From: an archaeon | GTDB lineage: Archaea; Iainarchaeota; Iainarchaeia; Iainarchaeales; CSSED10-239 | Direction: 5' to 3' | Assembly: GCA_035400625.1 (NCBI GenBank) | Contig: DAOMZT010000001.1 | Location: 270,001 to 302,000, forward strand | Length of the DNA stretch: 32,000 nt | Part shown: positions 1-8,034 of the stretch, piece after piece | How the letters are laid out: every line of letters begins with the position of its first letter | Numbering within the stretch: position 1 is the stretch's first letter | Notes under the pieces: model-generated | The model's input: only the letters and a program-made list of their open reading frames with translations | Told to the model about the DNA's origin: nothing | Database searches by the model: none | Made by a program: the position numbers and the translations under genes

Positions 1-121
1 CTATACTTAATATTAGGGTCTTAAGGTTTTTAGGAATAGACCCGTCTTCTACAAGAAACTCAATTTCTGAAACAATCTCTTGAATCATTTTAGAAGTGTC
101 AACTTTTTTCTTTTTTGGCAT
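1..121 (-). CDS. Partial small helical protein, UPF0147-like (N-terminal ~40 codons; continues off the window edge)
   Basis: This ORF is not in the track because it is truncated. A reverse-strand ATG at 119-121 gives MPKKKKVDTSKMIQEIVSEIEFLVEDGSIPKNLKTLILSI... The 'D-x-S-[IV]-P-[KR]-N-[IL]-[KR]' stretch resembles the archaeal UPF0147 signature (..SVPRNIRR..). This is recognised from memory only. Confidence 0.35.
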   Translation of the reverse strand, partial: MPKKKKVDTSKMIQEIVSEIEFLVEDGSIPKNLKTLILSI

Positions 122-210
122 TTTTATCACTTCCTTTATTTTTAATCATAAAAATAGAAAATAAATATATATAGTATCAAAAGCTTTTTTAATAGCTTTC
201 TTATGCAGAT

Positions 211-1143
211 TTATGACCATCTGCTTTTCTTTTTCTTTTCTACAGGATATGTTTCTAGAAGTTCTTTTATACTTATGTTTTCTTGACCTTCCATTTCCTG
301 ATTTTTTGTGTAAGTGCTAGACACCACTACCTTCTTTTCAGGGTTGTTTTCCTTTATTGTTTTTAACATAGCAATTTGCTTTTCTTTGTCTAAAGTTGGA
401 TTATATACAAAAACAACCAAGTCAGAGATTGCTTTGATTGCTGCAATTGCTTGCTTTTCAATAGCATTCATTTCTTTAAATTCAGTATGTACTAACCCTG
501 GCGTATCAATTACTTGATAGATGTCTTGCCTTCTTTTGAAAAAGCCAATATTCAAGGCTTTAGTAGTAAATTCATAGCTGTTAATCTCTGGCGTTGCCTC
601 AGTAATCTTTGTAAGATAAGTGGTCTTTCCTGCATTTGGTATTCCCACAAGAACAATAGTCCTAAGATTAAAGTCAGGGCTAGCAATTCTTGAAAATTCT
701 TTTTCAAGATCCAAAAGCTTTGAAAATGTGCTGTCCAGATTTTTAACAATTGAAGCAATTCTTCCAACATATTCTTTCTTTATTCTTACAAACTTCTCTT
801 TATCAAATTTACTGCTTCTTCTGCTTTGCATTTTCAAAAATAATTTTTTATATTTCTCAGATATCTTGTTAACAACAGTAACAGTGCTAGCAATGTGGTT
901 CTTGTATTTCTCCATTGTGCTTTTAGGACAGATGTTCTTAAACATCATCTGGTAATATTCGTTTTTTATCTCATAGTCTGGTAGCTTGTTGTTTATTCTA
1001 TTTAGTCTATCAGTTATTGCTATCTGATAAGCAGAGACATACTTGTGAGAAAACTCGTTTTTTTGAAAGTCTTTCATCTTTCTAACATTAGTTATAACAT
1101 TATCAAGTAGTTCTTTTGATTTTTCTATTTTTGGAAAGTTCAT
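211..1143 (-). CDS. NOG1-family GTP-binding protein
   Basis: The P-loop is 'GIPNAGKTT', G2 is 'FTT' and G3 is 'DTPG'. A long helical N-terminal domain precedes the G domain, as in archaeal Nog1 homologs. Confidence 0.8.
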   Translation of the reverse strand: MNFPKIEKSKELLDNVITNVRKMKDFQKNEFSHKYVSAYQIAITDRLNRINNKLPDYEIKNEYYQMMFKNICPKSTMEKYKNHIASTVTVVNKISEKYKKLFLKMQSRRSSKFDKEKFVRIKKEYVGRIASIVKNLDSTFSKLLDLEKEFSRIASPDFNLRTIVLVGIPNAGKTTYLTKITEATPEINSYEFTTKALNIGFFKRRQDIYQVIDTPGLVHTEFKEMNAIEKQAIAAIKAISDLVVFVYNPTLDKEKQIAMLKTIKENNPEKKVVVSSTYTKNQEMEGQENISIKELLETYPVEKKKKSRWS

Positions 1144-1263
1144 ATTTTTTTCTCTTTTCTTTAATAAAAAAGGTATTTAAAGCAATTGGTTAATAAAATA
1201 TATATAAATATAATATTTTATATATACTTCTTATTTCAAATTAGTAAAACGGTGTAAAAATCT

Positions 1264-2349
1264 ATGAATTTAATTACAGAAAAGAATTATAAAAAACTAA
1301 TGATTCTTCCATTTCTAATGGCAATTATCTGCTTGATATTAGTGTTTGTCACTCCTGGTGTAGAGAAGGGAATAGACCTAAAAGGCGGAAACCAGCTGAT
1401 TATCAGACACGAAAGGGGGGCGCCAATCGATCAATTAAAGCTTGAAGATTCTATAAGAGAAAAATACGGCTTTCAAGAGGTAATTATAAGAGAGACAACT
1501 GGTCCAACAAGCAGTGGACTAATCATAGAATATTCTAATAGCCCGGAGATTGAAATCGCAAGAGCAGAGAAAGCAAAGCTTGATTTTACAAACACTGCCT
1601 TAGTTGATTTAAAAACAAATAGCAAATCTTTATTTGCACCATTACTAGAAAAAAAATATCTTTCTCAAAAAGATATAGACGAGATTGATTCTTTTACAAA
1701 TAAAGAGGATTTAAAAGTATATATTAACGAGACAATAATTCTTGCAAACAATAATTTCAATAATTCAATTATTCATTTTGTAAAATCTGAATTAAACCTG
1801 GAAGATGAGGCAAGAATTCAGACAAGAGAGATTTCTGCAACTCTTGGTTCTGATTTTGTCAAGTCTTCAATAAAGGTTGGTATTATTTCTTTTATATTAT
1901 TGTCATTTGTTTTGTATTTGTTCTTTAAAAAGATTATCCCTACAGGTTTAGTTATCGTTGCAGTAATCTTTGACATTCTGGCAGGCCTTGCAGGAATGGC
2001 AATCTTAGGCTTGCCATTAAGTCTAGCAACAATACCAACGCTATTAATGCTTATTGGTTATGCAGTAGATGACAATATCCTTCTTAGCACAAAGGTATTA
2101 AAGAACAGAACAGATGATGTTTTTACTGCTACAAACAAGGCCATGACAACAGGTATGACAATGACTATAACAACAATAATAACAGTTGCTGTTATGGCAG
2201 TAATTTCATATTTCATGCAGATGTCAGTAATCTTAGAGATTGCTTCAATATTATTCTTTGGTTTACTTGGAGACATAATCGCAACATGGTTCTTCAATGC
2301 ACCAGCAATAATCACTTATGTTCAAAGAAAAAATAAAAACAAAAATTAA
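1264..2349 (+). CDS. secF: Protein-export membrane protein SecF
   Basis: An N-terminal TM is followed by 'GIDLKGG', a periplasmic domain and a C-terminal polytopic bundle with 'LIGYAVDDNILL..KVLKNR', the SecF-type motif. It sits immediately upstream of secD, as is usual in archaea. A GGTG Shine-Dalgarno-like motif lies about 9 nt upstream. Confidence 0.85.
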   Translation: MNLITEKNYKKLMILPFLMAIICLILVFVTPGVEKGIDLKGGNQLIIRHERGAPIDQLKLEDSIREKYGFQEVIIRETTGPTSSGLIIEYSNSPEIEIARAEKAKLDFTNTALVDLKTNSKSLFAPLLEKKYLSQKDIDEIDSFTNKEDLKVYINETIILANNNFNNSIIHFVKSELNLEDEARIQTREISATLGSDFVKSSIKVGIISFILLSFVLYLFFKKIIPTGLVIVAVIFDILAGLAGMAILGLPLSLATIPTLLMLIGYAVDDNILLSTKVLKNRTDDVFTATNKAMTTGMTMTITTIITVAVMAVISYFMQMSVILEIASILFFGLLGDIIATWFFNAPAIITYVQRKNKNKN

Positions 2350-2355
2350 AAAAAG

Positions 2356-4017
2356 GTGTTTTTCAATATGAAAAGTTTATTTAAAAAACCGATTGTTATT
2401 ATTTGGTTATTGATTTTAGCACTATCAATAATTTTACTATTAACCAAAGGGCTACAGTATGGTGTTGATTTCTCTGGTGGTACTTCTTTTTCAATAGTTC
2501 TTGAAAATCAAGTTTCTCCTGAAGAGATGCCTCGAGTAGTTTCTGTAATTAATAGCAGACTTGACTGGGCTGGCTTAAAGGATGCAAAGGTTACTTCTTC
2601 TGGTAACCAGTATATTACAGCACAGCTTGCAGAGTCTAATCCTGATGAAATTGCTAGACTGAAAAACACTCTTTTAAAACAAGGTAAGTTTGAAGCAACA
2701 ATTGATGGTAATCTTTTGTTTGTTGGTGAAGATATCAGAACAATCTATAAAGATCCTGCAAAAGGCTACGGTATCCAAACAATGGACAAGTTAGGTTCAA
2801 GCCAATGGGTTCTGCCATTTATGTTATCTCCTGAGGCCTCAAGAAGATTTGCAGAGATGACCTTCCACAAATGCACTCCAGTAGGTTATGAGAACAACGC
2901 TGTTGTTTACGATTGTGCAAAAACATATTTCTTTATCGACAGGCCAACAGACGCGATATTTATTATAGATAATGAAACATATATTGACGAAAAACAAGTT
3001 CCTGTCTCTCCAGATGTTGTTTCAAGTGCAAGAGTGTCTTTTGATGAGATTATCTCTCAAATAAACACCAACTATTATCTTGTTGGTGACAATTTATCTG
3101 AAGAACAGCTATCTAAGATTCAAGAGGACTTTGCCAAATATCCAAAAGCAATTGTTTCTTCTAATGTTCCTGAAAGCATAAGAAAACAATTGGTTGATAT
3201 TGGCTATAAAGTAGTAGTTATCAATAAGCCAGAGAATGGCTATTGGATCTGGGAAGCAACAGGTCTAAAATCCATAATTTCATTAACAGAAGGAGTAGCT
3301 AATATGTCTGCCCCTTCCACTACTTCAGCAAGCTTTGAGATTTTCAATAATCTTACAATAACAGGCACTGCTAATTCCAGAGAAGAAGCAAAAGCAAGAC
3401 TTGATGAGTTATTGGTAATTCTAGAATCTGGTTCTCTTCCAATACCAATAGAGAGCATAAGCACAGAGTCTATCTCTCCATTCTTGGGTAAGGAGTTCTT
3501 GCAGAATTCTTTATGGATTGGTTTGCTTGCTTTGCTTACAGTTGCTTTGGTTTTGTTTATAAGATACAAGGTTTTTAATTTAATCTTTCCAATATTATTT
3601 TCAGATATCTCTGAATTAATAATTTCTTTGGGTTTCTTGTCTTTGATACAATTTAGAGTTGATCTTGCAACCATTGCTGGAATTATTGCAGCAATCGGTA
3701 CAGGTGTTGATCATGAAATAATAATCACAGATGAGTTGCTAAAAGGAGAGAAAGGCGAAGAAACCTCGTCAACAGGTCAAAGCCTAACTGCAAAGGTAAA
3801 GAGTGCGTTCTTTATTATCTTTGCATCTGTTGCAACAGTGTTTGTTACAATGCTACCAATAATCTTCTTCAATGTTGGTTTAAGTAAGTTTGTTGGTTTT
3901 GCAATAACAGTAATGTTTGGTGCTGCTCTTGGTGCGTTTGTTACTAGACCTGCGTTTGCAGAGATTGCTAAGCTTGTTGTTACAAAACACAATTTAAAAA
4001 AAAGTAAAAAGGAATAA
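2356..4017 (+). CDS. secD: Protein-export membrane protein SecD
   Basis: An N-terminal TM is followed by 'GVDFSGG', a large extracytoplasmic head domain and a C-terminal TM bundle with 'IAAIGTGVDHEIIITDE'. The track start is a GTG at 2356. The ATG at 2368 (MKSLFKK) is an equally plausible start. Confidence 0.85.
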   Translation: MFFNMKSLFKKPIVIIWLLILALSIILLLTKGLQYGVDFSGGTSFSIVLENQVSPEEMPRVVSVINSRLDWAGLKDAKVTSSGNQYITAQLAESNPDEIARLKNTLLKQGKFEATIDGNLLFVGEDIRTIYKDPAKGYGIQTMDKLGSSQWVLPFMLSPEASRRFAEMTFHKCTPVGYENNAVVYDCAKTYFFIDRPTDAIFIIDNETYIDEKQVPVSPDVVSSARVSFDEIISQINTNYYLVGDNLSEEQLSKIQEDFAKYPKAIVSSNVPESIRKQLVDIGYKVVVINKPENGYWIWEATGLKSIISLTEGVANMSAPSTTSASFEIFNNLTITGTANSREEAKARLDELLVILESGSLPIPIESISTESISPFLGKEFLQNSLWIGLLALLTVALVLFIRYKVFNLIFPILFSDISELIISLGFLSLIQFRVDLATIAGIIAAIGTGVDHEIIITDELLKGEKGEETSSTGQSLTAKVKSAFFIIFASVATVFVTMLPIIFFNVGLSKFVGFAITVMFGAALGAFVTRPAFAEIAKLVVTKHNLKKSKKE

Positions 4018-4019
4018 AT

Positions 4020-4469
4020 ATGATAGATGAATTAATAGCAATTGCTAATCAGCCAACTATTAGTGCCCTTACTTCAATATTTGCAGGCCTTGCTATTCTT
4101 TCTTTGATTATTTTGTTTTTCTTATTTTTGTTTTTTATTGCAATATTTGTTTTTTTTGCATTAGCTTGGTACATGATAGCTAAGAAACTAAAATACAAGA
4201 ACGCATGGCTAGCATGGGTTCCTTTAGCAAACCTTTTTTTGCTTCCAATACTTGCAAAACGAAAATGGGGCTGGGGCTTCTTTTTGTTTGTGCCAGTAAT
4301 CAATCTAATTTTTGCAATTATTTGGTGCTGGAAAATCTATGAGAGAAGAGGCTATCCAGGAGCATTAAGTTTATTTAAGGCAGGTTATATCATTCCACCA
4401 ATATTTCCATTAGTTTTTATTATAGACATTGTAATTACAGGCATTGTTGCTTGGGAAAAGAAAAAATGA
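4020..4469 (+). CDS. Small polytopic membrane protein (DUF5684-like)
   Basis: It has about four hydrophobic helices. 'AWLAWVPLANLFLLPILAKRKWGWGFFLFVPVINLIFAII' resembles the DUF5684 core (..WAALIPIYN...GRPWWW.LL.FIP.VN..). The start lies 2 nt after the secD stop. Confidence 0.5.
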   Translation: MIDELIAIANQPTISALTSIFAGLAILSLIILFFLFLFFIAIFVFFALAWYMIAKKLKYKNAWLAWVPLANLFLLPILAKRKWGWGFFLFVPVINLIFAIIWCWKIYERRGYPGALSLFKAGYIIPPIFPLVFIIDIVITGIVAWEKKK

Positions 4470-4471
4470 TT

Positions 4472-4894
4472 TTATTTCAAACTTTTTTTAATTAGCCATA
4501 AAATTACAAAAACCATTAAAAACCAGGACATCACATGAGTGGTGTGATGCCAACCAGCCCTTTCTGATAGCATCACAAGCATTATTCTTAATATATTTAT
4601 CAAAAACAGCAAGATAACGCCAACCCATACCATTTTACTCTTGACCTTTTGTTTTATTGCTAAAAATCCAGAAATCACCCCTAGATACGCAGAAACAGAC
4701 ACGATCCCTGAGCAATATACTACAAACTCAAAGGCCTCATAATTTACAGAATTGCCAAGAAGTAAATGTATAATTTTTTCTTCCAGTCCCACAAGTACAT
4801 TTCCAAAAACAAAAACTCCAATCAATAATAATAAGGCATATATAACTATAAAAACAACTATAAATTTTATTTTCTGTTTTTTGTCCATTAACAA
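4472..4894 (-). CDS. Miniature exosortase/archaeosortase-family protein (about 4 TM)
   Basis: The three signature elements of the exosortase/archaeosortase core appear in the right order and spacing: 'VVYCSGIVSV' (Cys61), 'LINILRIMLV' (Arg103) and 'WHHTTHVMSWF' (His116/117/120). All three are embedded in TM helices. Confidence 0.6.
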   Translation of the reverse strand: MLMDKKQKIKFIVVFIVIYALLLLIGVFVFGNVLVGLEEKIIHLLLGNSVNYEAFEFVVYCSGIVSVSAYLGVISGFLAIKQKVKSKMVWVGVILLFLINILRIMLVMLSERAGWHHTTHVMSWFLMVFVILWLIKKSLK

Positions 4895-4977
4895 TAATTA
4901 TTAGCAATTTCTTATTAAACATATCGCAATAGTTTGTTTTTCTAAAACCATTAATTGCACACCTAATTAATAATTGG

Positions 4978-5023
4978 GGTTTTCATCACCACTGAACAAA
5001 ATTGTTCATTGCCATTGAAAACC
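4978..5023 (-). other. Nested hairpin in the DUF92/archaeosortase-like intergenic spacer (possible terminator or regulatory RNA element)
   Basis: There is a perfect 8-bp outer stem, ggttttca (4978-4985) with tgaaaacc (5016-5023). It encloses a perfect 6-bp inner hairpin, tgaaca (4993-4998) with tgttca (5003-5008), with loop aaat. Confidence 0.3.
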
Positions 5024-5076
5024 TTTATATATTTGTTATGAACAACACAAAATTAGTCCCTGCTTGGAAATGGGAT

Positions 5077-5733
5077 TTATAAAACACAAAGAGCAATAAC
5101 AGAAAGTGCCCCAACAATAAATGTTGTTACAAAATTAGTTTGGCTATTGTCAAGATATCCCTTGTTTTCTATAGTTGCCCCAATAATACTATCAATTATG
5201 CTTCCAATTATTCCAAAGCTTGCAATAATCAATGATATTTTCATATCTACTTTAAATATAAAATAAAAAAACACAAAAGTTATTACTGAAACCAAAAACG
5301 CAGAAAACAGCCCAAGAAACGTAACACCTCCGTTTGTTCCGTGCTCTACTTCTTTCTTTAGGTTTGTTACAAGTCTTGGCTTGGTTTTTGATAGCCTTCC
5401 GATCTCTGAAGAGAGAGTGTCTGCAAAAGCAGCACAGATTGTTGAAGCAGCTGCATAAATCTGTCCAAACACAACTAAGACAGTTCCAACCATGCAGTTT
5501 CCTAAAAGATTAACATAGCTTCTGTTCTCTCCCTTGTTTTTTAGCAATATTGCAGAACCTTCTGCCACACAAAAATAAATTAGTAAATAGACAAATAATG
5601 TTGTTTTTCCAAAATACAAAAAAAGTCCACAAATCACATATATTAAAGAAACAGTAAATACATCATATTTTTTAGAAATCCATAGAATAAGTCCCAAAAC
5701 ATAAAAAAAAATTAAATAAAAGATAAGGTTCAT
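5077..5733 (-). CDS. DUF92 (TMEM19-like) integral membrane protein
   Basis: The protein is polytopic and hydrophobic. It carries the 'ADTLSSEIG' motif (family hallmark ADTxASEIG) and a downstream 'NGGVTFLG'. Confidence 0.65.
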   Translation of the reverse strand: MNLIFYLIFFYVLGLILWISKKYDVFTVSLIYVICGLFLYFGKTTLFVYLLIYFCVAEGSAILLKNKGENRSYVNLLGNCMVGTVLVVFGQIYAAASTICAAFADTLSSEIGRLSKTKPRLVTNLKKEVEHGTNGGVTFLGLFSAFLVSVITFVFFYFIFKVDMKISLIIASFGIIGSIIDSIIGATIENKGYLDNSQTNFVTTFIVGALSVIALCVL

Positions 5734-5751
5734 AAATTAAAAAGTTCTCCT

Positions 5752-6321
5752 TTAAACCAAAGTTACTTTTACAACCATTACTTTATTTATATAACCTAAC
5801 TTTATTAGCTTTGCTTTACATCTCTCAGACAAATGTTGAAAGATCAAGTCATTCCAGTTTTCTTTTGTGGTCTTTGCTGATATCTCTTCATTAAAGAAAT
5901 CAACAATTGCCTTTCTTACTTGTGTTCTAAGAGGTGTTGTAAACTTAGAGCCTGTTATTGCCATGACTTTTATCTTTAGTTTACTTCCGTCTTTTGTTGT
6001 AACATAAAATACTGGTTCAATCTTTGACTTTTGTCTTCTTATCATTCTTCTTAGAATTCCTGGCTTTGCTTCGAACTTTGAAATGATTGTGTCTGCTTTA
6101 GCACCAGTTATTTTATTTACTTTAAAGGTAATTTCAAAGCTTGAGTCTCTGATATTTCCTGTTAGTTCGTTAAGGCCTTTTTTGATATTTCTACCAACTA
6201 GGTTTTTTGGTACTATTGCTACTGTTTCTCCAATTTTCTTTTCATCAAAGGTAGGGTCTGCATGCACATCATACCATTTCTTTTTCTTCCAGTTATCTAC
6301 TGTACTTTTTTTCTCTGCCAT
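5752..6321 (-). CDS. rps3ae: 30S ribosomal protein S3Ae (eS1)
   Basis: The N-terminal 'WKKKKWYDVHADPTF' is characteristic of the eS1 family. Length (189 aa) and basic composition fit. It lies adjacent to rps15. Confidence 0.9.
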   Translation of the reverse strand: MAEKKSTVDNWKKKKWYDVHADPTFDEKKIGETVAIVPKNLVGRNIKKGLNELTGNIRDSSFEITFKVNKITGAKADTIISKFEAKPGILRRMIRRQKSKIEPVFYVTTKDGSKLKIKVMAITGSKFTTPLRTQVRKAIVDFFNEEISAKTTKENWNDLIFQHLSERCKAKLIKLGYINKVMVVKVTLV

Positions 6322-6336
6322 CTTTTAAACACCATT

Positions 6337-6735
6337 TTACTTTACAAGAAGCTTTGCTGACTCATCAGAATATCTCCAAGCCCCGTCTATTCTTTTCTTT
6401 TTAATATTATATTTTCTAAGTCTATTAATCTTAGATACTGTTTTTTGATATCCTCTTTTTGCGCTTGTGTCTTTCTTATTATTTTCTTTGTGTTTGATTA
6501 GTTTAACGCTTTTCTTAATAAGGTACAATAATTCATCAGGCAATTTATCTTTTTTAAGATCAAGTTCTGCTTGTACTTTTCCGATCTTTTTCCCAGTTGC
6601 CTGTAATACAGATTTAACTCCGTATTTTTGCTTTAAAATAAGTCCAATTTCTGCAGTTGTCTTGCCTTTTTTTGTAAGGTCTTCTATTTGGTCATAAATT
6701 TCTTTTTTAGTTAATTCTTTTTTTTCTTCACTCAT
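6337..6735 (-). CDS. rps15: 30S ribosomal protein S15 (uS15, S13e type)
   Basis: 'LPDELLYLIKKSVKLIKHKENNKKDTSAKRGYQKTVSKINRLRKYN' matches the archaeal uS15 C-terminal domain. The N-terminal extension is typical of the S13e type. Confidence 0.9.
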   Translation of the reverse strand: MSEEKKELTKKEIYDQIEDLTKKGKTTAEIGLILKQKYGVKSVLQATGKKIGKVQAELDLKKDKLPDELLYLIKKSVKLIKHKENNKKDTSAKRGYQKTVSKINRLRKYNIKKKRIDGAWRYSDESAKLLVK

Positions 6736-6770
6736 TTATATCACTTTGGTTTTTCCATTATGGTTGTGCC

Positions 6771-6848
6771 TGTGGCGATTAATTAGGCGCGTTTAAATAG
6801 AAATATAGCCATTAAAACAGGTCTATAATATATATATTTGTGGCGATT
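6771..6848. repeat. 10-bp direct repeat tgtggcgatt x2 inside a 226-bp non-coding spacer
   Basis: Identical copies lie at 6771-6780 and 6839-6848. The first sits in a locally GC-rich island (ggttgtgcctgtggcgattaattaggcgcg) in an otherwise AT-rich spacer upstream of rps15. Confidence 0.3.
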
Positions 6849-6961
6849 TATTTATATATATTATTATTTTGGTTTTATAACTTTTGCCAGATAACAAACA
6901 ACTAGAAAAATGTCACCATAACATGCGATAAGAAAACCCAATAAAATAATCAATCGCTAAA

Positions 6962-7522
6962 TTATAAATATCGTGCTCTTTTTTCTATTTCTGCAATCTT
7001 GTCAATTGTTTGTTTGTTTTGTGTTTGCTTTTTATAGCCATCAAGTATTTTCTCCCAGAACCTTTCTGTTTTTTTGTTTGCTTTCAAGGTCTTCTTAAAG
7101 ACAAGAAGGTCTGTTGCCTTGTCCTCTATCTTGTTAGAAAGAAAGCCAAGGCCAAAGTCAATAAAGTAAATCTTCTTGTCTTTGGTTGTCAAGATATTGA
7201 TAAGATTAAGGTCTCCATGTATTATTCCAGAATCATGAAGCTTTGCTATTTCTTTTCCAATTTCAGATAAGACTTTTGAATGCTTGTTTGTGTTATCTAG
7301 TTTTTCCATAACAATGGTGTCTTTTGTTACTGAAAAAACAGTCGGAGTATTTACTCCAGAAACTTTTGCTCTTTTTAGCAGTGTAGATTCTTGCTTGTTT
7401 CTAGTTTTAATTATTCTATTGTCAAGAACAGGATCACGATAAGATTTAGATATTCTTTTCTTAATGATTTTCTTGCCATCAAGAAGAATGATTGCTTCTG
7501 CCCCTTTGTTTATTTCTTTCAT
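6962..7522 (-). CDS. bud32: Kae1-associated kinase Bud32 (KEOPS subunit)
   Basis: The glycine-loop-like 'KGAEAII', 'KKRISKSYRDPVLDNRIIKTRNKQESTLLKRA' and the catalytic 'HGDLNLINIL' followed by 'IDFG' mark a small RIO-like kinase. It is standalone and not fused to Kae1. Confidence 0.85.
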   Translation of the reverse strand: MKEINKGAEAIILLDGKKIIKKRISKSYRDPVLDNRIIKTRNKQESTLLKRAKVSGVNTPTVFSVTKDTIVMEKLDNTNKHSKVLSEIGKEIAKLHDSGIIHGDLNLINILTTKDKKIYFIDFGLGFLSNKIEDKATDLLVFKKTLKANKKTERFWEKILDGYKKQTQNKQTIDKIAEIEKRARYL

Positions 7523-7532
7523 GTTTATTCAA

Positions 7533-8033
7533 TTAACAGAACGGCAAGGCTTTTGCCATTTCTTTTAGGCTTTCAATTTGATATCTGTTTTCTAAAATAT
7601 CAATATATGTATCCCAATAGATCTTGTCTAGTTTCTTAGAATAAGTATTCTTAAAGCCATTAAGCACCTTGTCTCTATTTTGCATTTGTGTTTCTATTCT
7701 TGCAACAGTTGTTCTTGTTATGCACTCATTTTCTACAATTGCATATCTTACTGCCCTATCTAGATTTTTGGCTTCAAGATATAGATAAACATAATCTATG
7801 ATTGCTTGCGCCTCACTAGTCCCTACTCCCTTTAATTCAACAACATAGCCACCATGTTCATCTGGTATAAGGTCGCTTCTAGTCACCATGTATTTCTCAT
7901 TGATTTTTGCAATCTTGTTCATTTGATAGTTTGATATTGCAGTAATAAACAGATAAACTGCAATTGCAGTTATGATTAAAATTACCAACAATCCAAAAAT
8001 ATTAATTGGTTTTCTTTTATGTGCTAATGACAT
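7533..8033 (-). CDS. Hypothetical N-terminally membrane-anchored protein
   Basis: A single TM (INIFGLLVILIITAIAVYLFITAI) is followed by a soluble domain of about 125 aa with no motif I recognise. The start lies 1 nt after the valS stop and the stop lies 10 nt before the bud32 start. Confidence 0.5.
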   Translation of the reverse strand: MSLAHKRKPINIFGLLVILIITAIAVYLFITAISNYQMNKIAKINEKYMVTRSDLIPDEHGGYVVELKGVGTSEAQAIIDYVYLYLEAKNLDRAVRYAIVENECITRTTVARIETQMQNRDKVLNGFKNTYSKKLDKIYWDTYIDILENRYQIESLKEMAKALPFC

Positions 8034-8034
8034 T

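Noticed and set aside
314-955. Track ORFs 314..517(+), 552..770(-) and 620..955(+) lie inside or opposite the NOG1 GTPase gene.
   Set aside because: They lie entirely within the well-supported 211..1143(-) gene in other frames or on the other strand. They are low-complexity and hydrophobic with no motifs, as is typical of shadow ORFs in AT-rich DNA.
2058-4303. Antisense ORFs 2058..2315, 3240..3674, 3777..3992 and 4049..4303 lie opposite secF, secD and the DUF5684-like gene.
   Set aside because: All are nested antisense to genes with strong family motifs. They have no independent start context or recognisable domains.
4020-4469. The C-terminus of the DUF5684-like protein (PPIFPLVFIIDIVITGIVAWEKKK) as the cognate archaeosortase sorting signal.
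   Set aside because: The tripartite look is suggestive and is mentioned under the archaeosortase finding. However, the protein is a small polytopic membrane protein without a secreted domain, unlike known sortase substrates. A terminal TM plus a basic tail is also common by chance. I do not claim it as a feature.
4737-4922. A 61-aa ORF overlaps the 5' end of the archaeosortase-like gene on the same strand in another frame.
   Set aside because: It is Cys/Phe-rich nonsense-like sequence. The overlapping 140-aa frame carries the conserved Cys/Arg/His motifs, so that frame is the real one.
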